Shown: positions 60,301-64,000 of the stretch, in pieces | Layout: every line of letters starts with the position of its first letter | Numbering within the stretch: the stretch's first letter is position 1 | Assembly (NCBI GenBank): GCA_043228905.1 | Contig: JBHGNT010000018.1 | Span: 2,542,001 to 2,606,000 of the forward strand | Origin: Azolla caroliniana | Lineage: Eukaryota > Plantae > Polypodiophyta | DNA: 64,000 bases | Direction: 5' to 3' | Translations under genes and position numbers: made by a program | The notes under the pieces: model-generated | Told to the model about the DNA's origin: nothing | The model's database searches: none | The model's input: only the letters and a program-made list of their open reading frames with translations

Positions 60301-62977
60301 GGTGCGAGGGTTATAGCACTTATAACCCTTCTGCTCGTCCGAGTAACCGACCAAGATGCACTTCTCGGCCTTTGCGTCCAGCTTCCTCCTTTTCTCCTTC
60401 GGTATATGCACATACGCAATGCTACCGAACACCCTCAAGTGTCGCAAGTTCGGCTTCGTTCCGAAATATAGCTCGTGCGCTGACACTTTGTCTCCGATCC
60501 GGTTCTGGATGTATACCGCGGTCCTTACCGCCTCAGCCCAGTAGAACTTGGGCAAGCTCTTCTCCTCCAGCATTGCCCATGCCGCTTCCACAATCGACTG
60601 GTTCTTCCTCTCGGCCACGCCGTTCTGCTCTGGCGTGTATCTACAACTGAATTCGCGCCGAATTCCCATTTGTTGTAGATAACCGTTGAATTGACCGGAA
60701 AAGTACTCTTTCCCGCCATCCGACCGTAGACACTTGATCTTTCGTCCCATTTCCGTTTCCACGAACCCTTTGAGGTCCCGGAAACAGTCGAAGACTTCGC
60801 TCTTCCTCTCAATGAGGTAGATCCACGTGTGCCGCGTGTGGTCGTCGATGAAGGAGACGAAATATCGGCTCCCGCCAAGACTAACGTTTTGTGCCGCCCC
60901 CCATACATCGGAGTGTATAAGGTCGAGCTTATTCCGGCTCCGATTTCGCTCGTTGGGGAAAGGAAGTCGGTGTTATTTCCCGAGCTGGCAGGCTTCACAA
61001 ATTTGTGCCTTTCGGCCACTAAATTTGGGCAATCCGAATACTACCTGTTTCGATTGCAGATCTTGAAGCCGTTGGTGGTTGACGTGGCCTATCCGCTTGT
61101 GCCACAAGTCGATGTCCGACTCAGTCTTTTGTCCCTTTGCGAACATTGCGGTGCCGCCGTCAGTGGAGTCGAGGATGAACATCCTCCCGTCTCTGCGCCC
61201 TTGCGCAATCACACGGGCTTCTTCCTCAATGAAGCACCGGAGGTGTGTAAACCGAACCTCCATCCCTTGGTCAACGATCTGTCCGATCGAGACCAAGTTT
61301 TTCGTGATTGTCGGAACGTGCAACACGTTCCTGAGTTTCCCTTTTTGCCCGACATGGCTAAGGGGAACTTCTCCGACATTCGCGATCCGATGCGGAGTGT
61401 CGTCTCCTGTTGCGACTACTCCAGGTTGTATCGGTTTTTCAAGGTACGAGAACCACTCCTTATGGCTCGTCATGTGGTTTGACGCGCCGGAGTCTACGCA
61501 CCACACTTGGTCCGATCTCGGGGTGCTATGCTTCATTGAGTTTGCTTCGTGTCTCGTCACGAAGGCAGTCCCTTCTCCGGCTCTCCCGGAGTCTTCGGCG
61601 TAGTGCGATCGCTGCCGATTTCCCTTGTCGGTATGTCTGGAGCCGTTCCCGGAACCAGTTCTCTCCGTATCGGCGCGCTTCTTCCAGCACTCACTTTCCT
61701 TGTGGCCTTTCTTGCCACAGTACCAGCACTCCACGATGGACTTCCCTTGCCGGTTCTCATCGCTTCGACTCCCCTGTTTCCGGAGGGTCCGGAGTTGCTG
61801 TCGGCATCACTTCGGTGCCTTTTTTCTTGATCTCGTCGGCCGCCTCCATTGCGTGCCGACTCGCCTCGTCCTCCACATCCACGGGGCCTATCTCCCTCCG
61901 TGTATAGCATTCTGTTGTCAGTGTGCGTGCTTGTAGACGCACCCGCGTGGTTCTCCTCTACCAGGAGCATCGACTGTAAGTCGAAAAAGGACAGCGTATT
62001 CTCCCGGGTACACACAGCCGTTCGGAACGCTCCGAACTTCGACGCCAAACCTCTGAGACAGATCTAGACCATCTCGCTCTCCTCGATGTTCACCTCTATG
62101 GAGGCGAGGGAGTCGCAGATATCCTTGATCTTCGAGGTATAGTCCGCCACCGACAAGTCGCGTTGTCGTAGGTTGCTCAACTCCTGTCGGAGCTGAAGTT
62201 TCTTGGCTGTGGTGCTCGCGGCGAAAATCTTCTTCAGATTTTCCCACGCACCCTTCGGCGTCTTTGCATCCCGAACATAGTTCAATAGCTGTTCGCTCAC
62301 ACACGATGCGAAGCAGTACAATACCCTGCTCGCCGATTGTTCCCACAACGGGAAGTCTCTGTGTGTCGATTCGGGTGCGGCGTCATTAGCTCCTTCGACA
62401 TAACTCCAGTAGCCGTGCCCGAGCAGGTACTAGTGCATCTTGTAGGACCGAGATGCGTAGTTGGTTCTGTCAAGCTTCTCTGTTGGAAGCGAGCTCGCCA
62501 TGCCTCTATCCATCGTTCTTCTTGTTCTTCTTCGTCAAGCTGTGTCGGCTGCAGAGAGGTTCTCAACCCTCGCGCTCTGATACCATGTAGAAAATAACGT
62601 GCGGAAGCAAGTATGAAGACTGAACAGAAGGGAGGAAACTCAGGTTCAATGGAGAGCTTGGGCTTACACGGTATACGCAAGAGAGACAGAGAGAGAAAGC
62701 AGAAACACTATATTCAATAATAATACTCATTCTGTGTGTATACATAAGACGTGCTCAGTGAGCACTTTTATACAAGTCCTAAAAGGACTGACTGAAGTAC
62801 TTACAGTACTTCAATGCTCATCAAGAGCCCCTACACTAACTCCCAAATATATTCCTCACGGAATATCTTTCCTAACGATCTCCCGGTTTATGTACTCGGC
62901 CTAACCGATCGGTCCCAACCGATCCGGTCCTCGGCTTCTTCAGCCGATCCAGCCGATGTTGAGCTTGTCCCTCAACA
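57309..62977 (-). mobile_element. Ty1/Copia LTR retrotransposon (5669 bp) inserted in the outer Gypsy RNase H
   Basis: TSD GCTTC at 57304-57308 and 62978-62982; 392-bp TG...CA LTRs 57309-57700 and 62586-62977 (~13 differences by eye); PBS TGGTATCAGAGC 62585-62574; gag, CWYCGKKGH, VDSGASNHM, INT (LRSDGGKEY, QNGVAER), RT (YVDD) and RNase H (ADIFTK), with several stops and frameshifts. Confidence 0.96.
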
Positions 62978-64000
62978 GCTTCGATAATGAATGGTTTTTC
63001 CGGATCGACATGAGCTAGAATTGGAGCCGATGTAAATGCCTTTTTAAGACTCTCGAAAGCCATGTCCGTTTCATCAGACCAGATGAACGGTTATCCCTTC
63101 CTGGTAAGTTGTGTGAGAGGTAGAACGATCTTTGAGTAATCTTGTATGAACTTCCGGTAAAAATTTGCAAAGCCTAGGAAGCATTTCACATCCCGCACCG
63201 AACGCGGAGTCTGCCATTCTACCACCGTTTTGACCTTAGTTGGGTCCATGGAGATGCCTTTTGACGAAATGATGTAGCCGAGAAATTCCACTTGGTTGCA
63301 CCCGAAACTACATTTTTCCAGCTTTGCATACAGACCATGTTCTCGAAGTCGTTTTAGTACTAATAGTACATGAGAATCATGTTCTTCTTGGGTCTTTGAA
63401 TAAACCAGTAGATCATCCAAATAGATGATCAAACAATCATCCAATAGATTTCGGAATATATCATTAGCCATGTGCTGGAAGACTGTCGGCGCATTAGTGA
63501 GGCCGAACGGCATGACCGTATACTCGAAGTGCCCATATCTGGTGCGAAACGTGGTCTTCCATTCGTCTCCTAGTCGGATCCGTACGAGGTTATATGCTCC
63601 CCGTAAGTCGATCTTCGTGAAGAACTTGGCACCATTGATCCGTTCTAAAAGACTTGAGATAAGGGGAAGAGCATACCTTTTCTTGATTGTAATGTTATTC
63701 AAGCCACGATAATCTACAACGAGACGAAGCGATCCATCCTTTTTCTTGACGAAGAAAATGGGCGCGCCGGTTGGAGATTTCGAATGCCGAATGAAACCAT
63801 TTTCCAAATTCTCCTCTATATAGGCCCGAAGGACTTCCAGCTCGGTTGGTGACAAATTGTAGATCGGTCCCCATGGCGGCTCTTTTCCCGGTTGTAAATC
63901 GATGGGGCAATCGTACGGTCGATGATGAGGAAGTGTGTTGGCTTGTACTTTATCGAACACATCGGCTTAATGACGATACTTCTCGGGAAGTTGAACGGTG

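Larger units (their letters stand above)
47232..64000 (-). mobile_element. Outer Ty3/Gypsy chromovirus (Tcn1-like); 5' end beyond the window; split by two nested LTR elements
   Basis: RT 63960-63091 ([25 protein letters not shown]); RNase H split at FIIEA|DASDFA; RH-INT 57303-56106; INT C-terminus plus group-I chromodomain (EYEVSAILDSKIVRNKLYYLVDWLGY) 48314-47700; PPT GAAAGGGGAGATAG; 3' LTR 47666-47232. Confidence 0.92.

Noticed and set aside
57679-62597. Long plus-strand ORFs (207, 171, 217, 174 and 165 aa)
   Set aside because: Antisense shadows of GC-rich Copia coding sequence with no recognisable domains.

Overview
Eukaryotic plant nuclear DNA. The gene structures, a decayed PLS-type PPR gene and a Tcn1-like chromovirus suggest a fern or other non-seed vascular plant (inference). 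The first ~37 kb is gene-rich, with five intron-containing genes: the 3' end of a UbiE/COQ5-type methyltransferase (+), a WDR76/Cmr1-like WD40 protein with an N-terminal PIP-box-like motif (-), an NPK1/ANP-type MAPKKK (+, 17 exons), a peroxisomal NAD carrier PXN (+, 11 exons), and an At1g61900-like GPI-anchored protein (+, with a 15-nt microexon). Their introns hold TE relics and old tandem repeats. The last ~26 kb is mostly retroelements: an internally deleted Copia, a PPR pseudogene, and a nest in which a Tcn1-like Gypsy (running off the window) is split by a near-intact chromovirus Gypsy and by a Copia, each with a 5-bp TSD. The most unusual signals are (1) a five-unit hairpin repeat array in the inner Gypsy leader, (2) that element's triplicated 5' LTR and TG...TA ends, (3) a tRNA-like Pol III A/B-box cassette at the outer Gypsy LTR terminus, and (4) a Copia with two identical PPTs and a ~170-aa open extension beyond RNase H. 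All coordinates were read by eye and no database searches were run.
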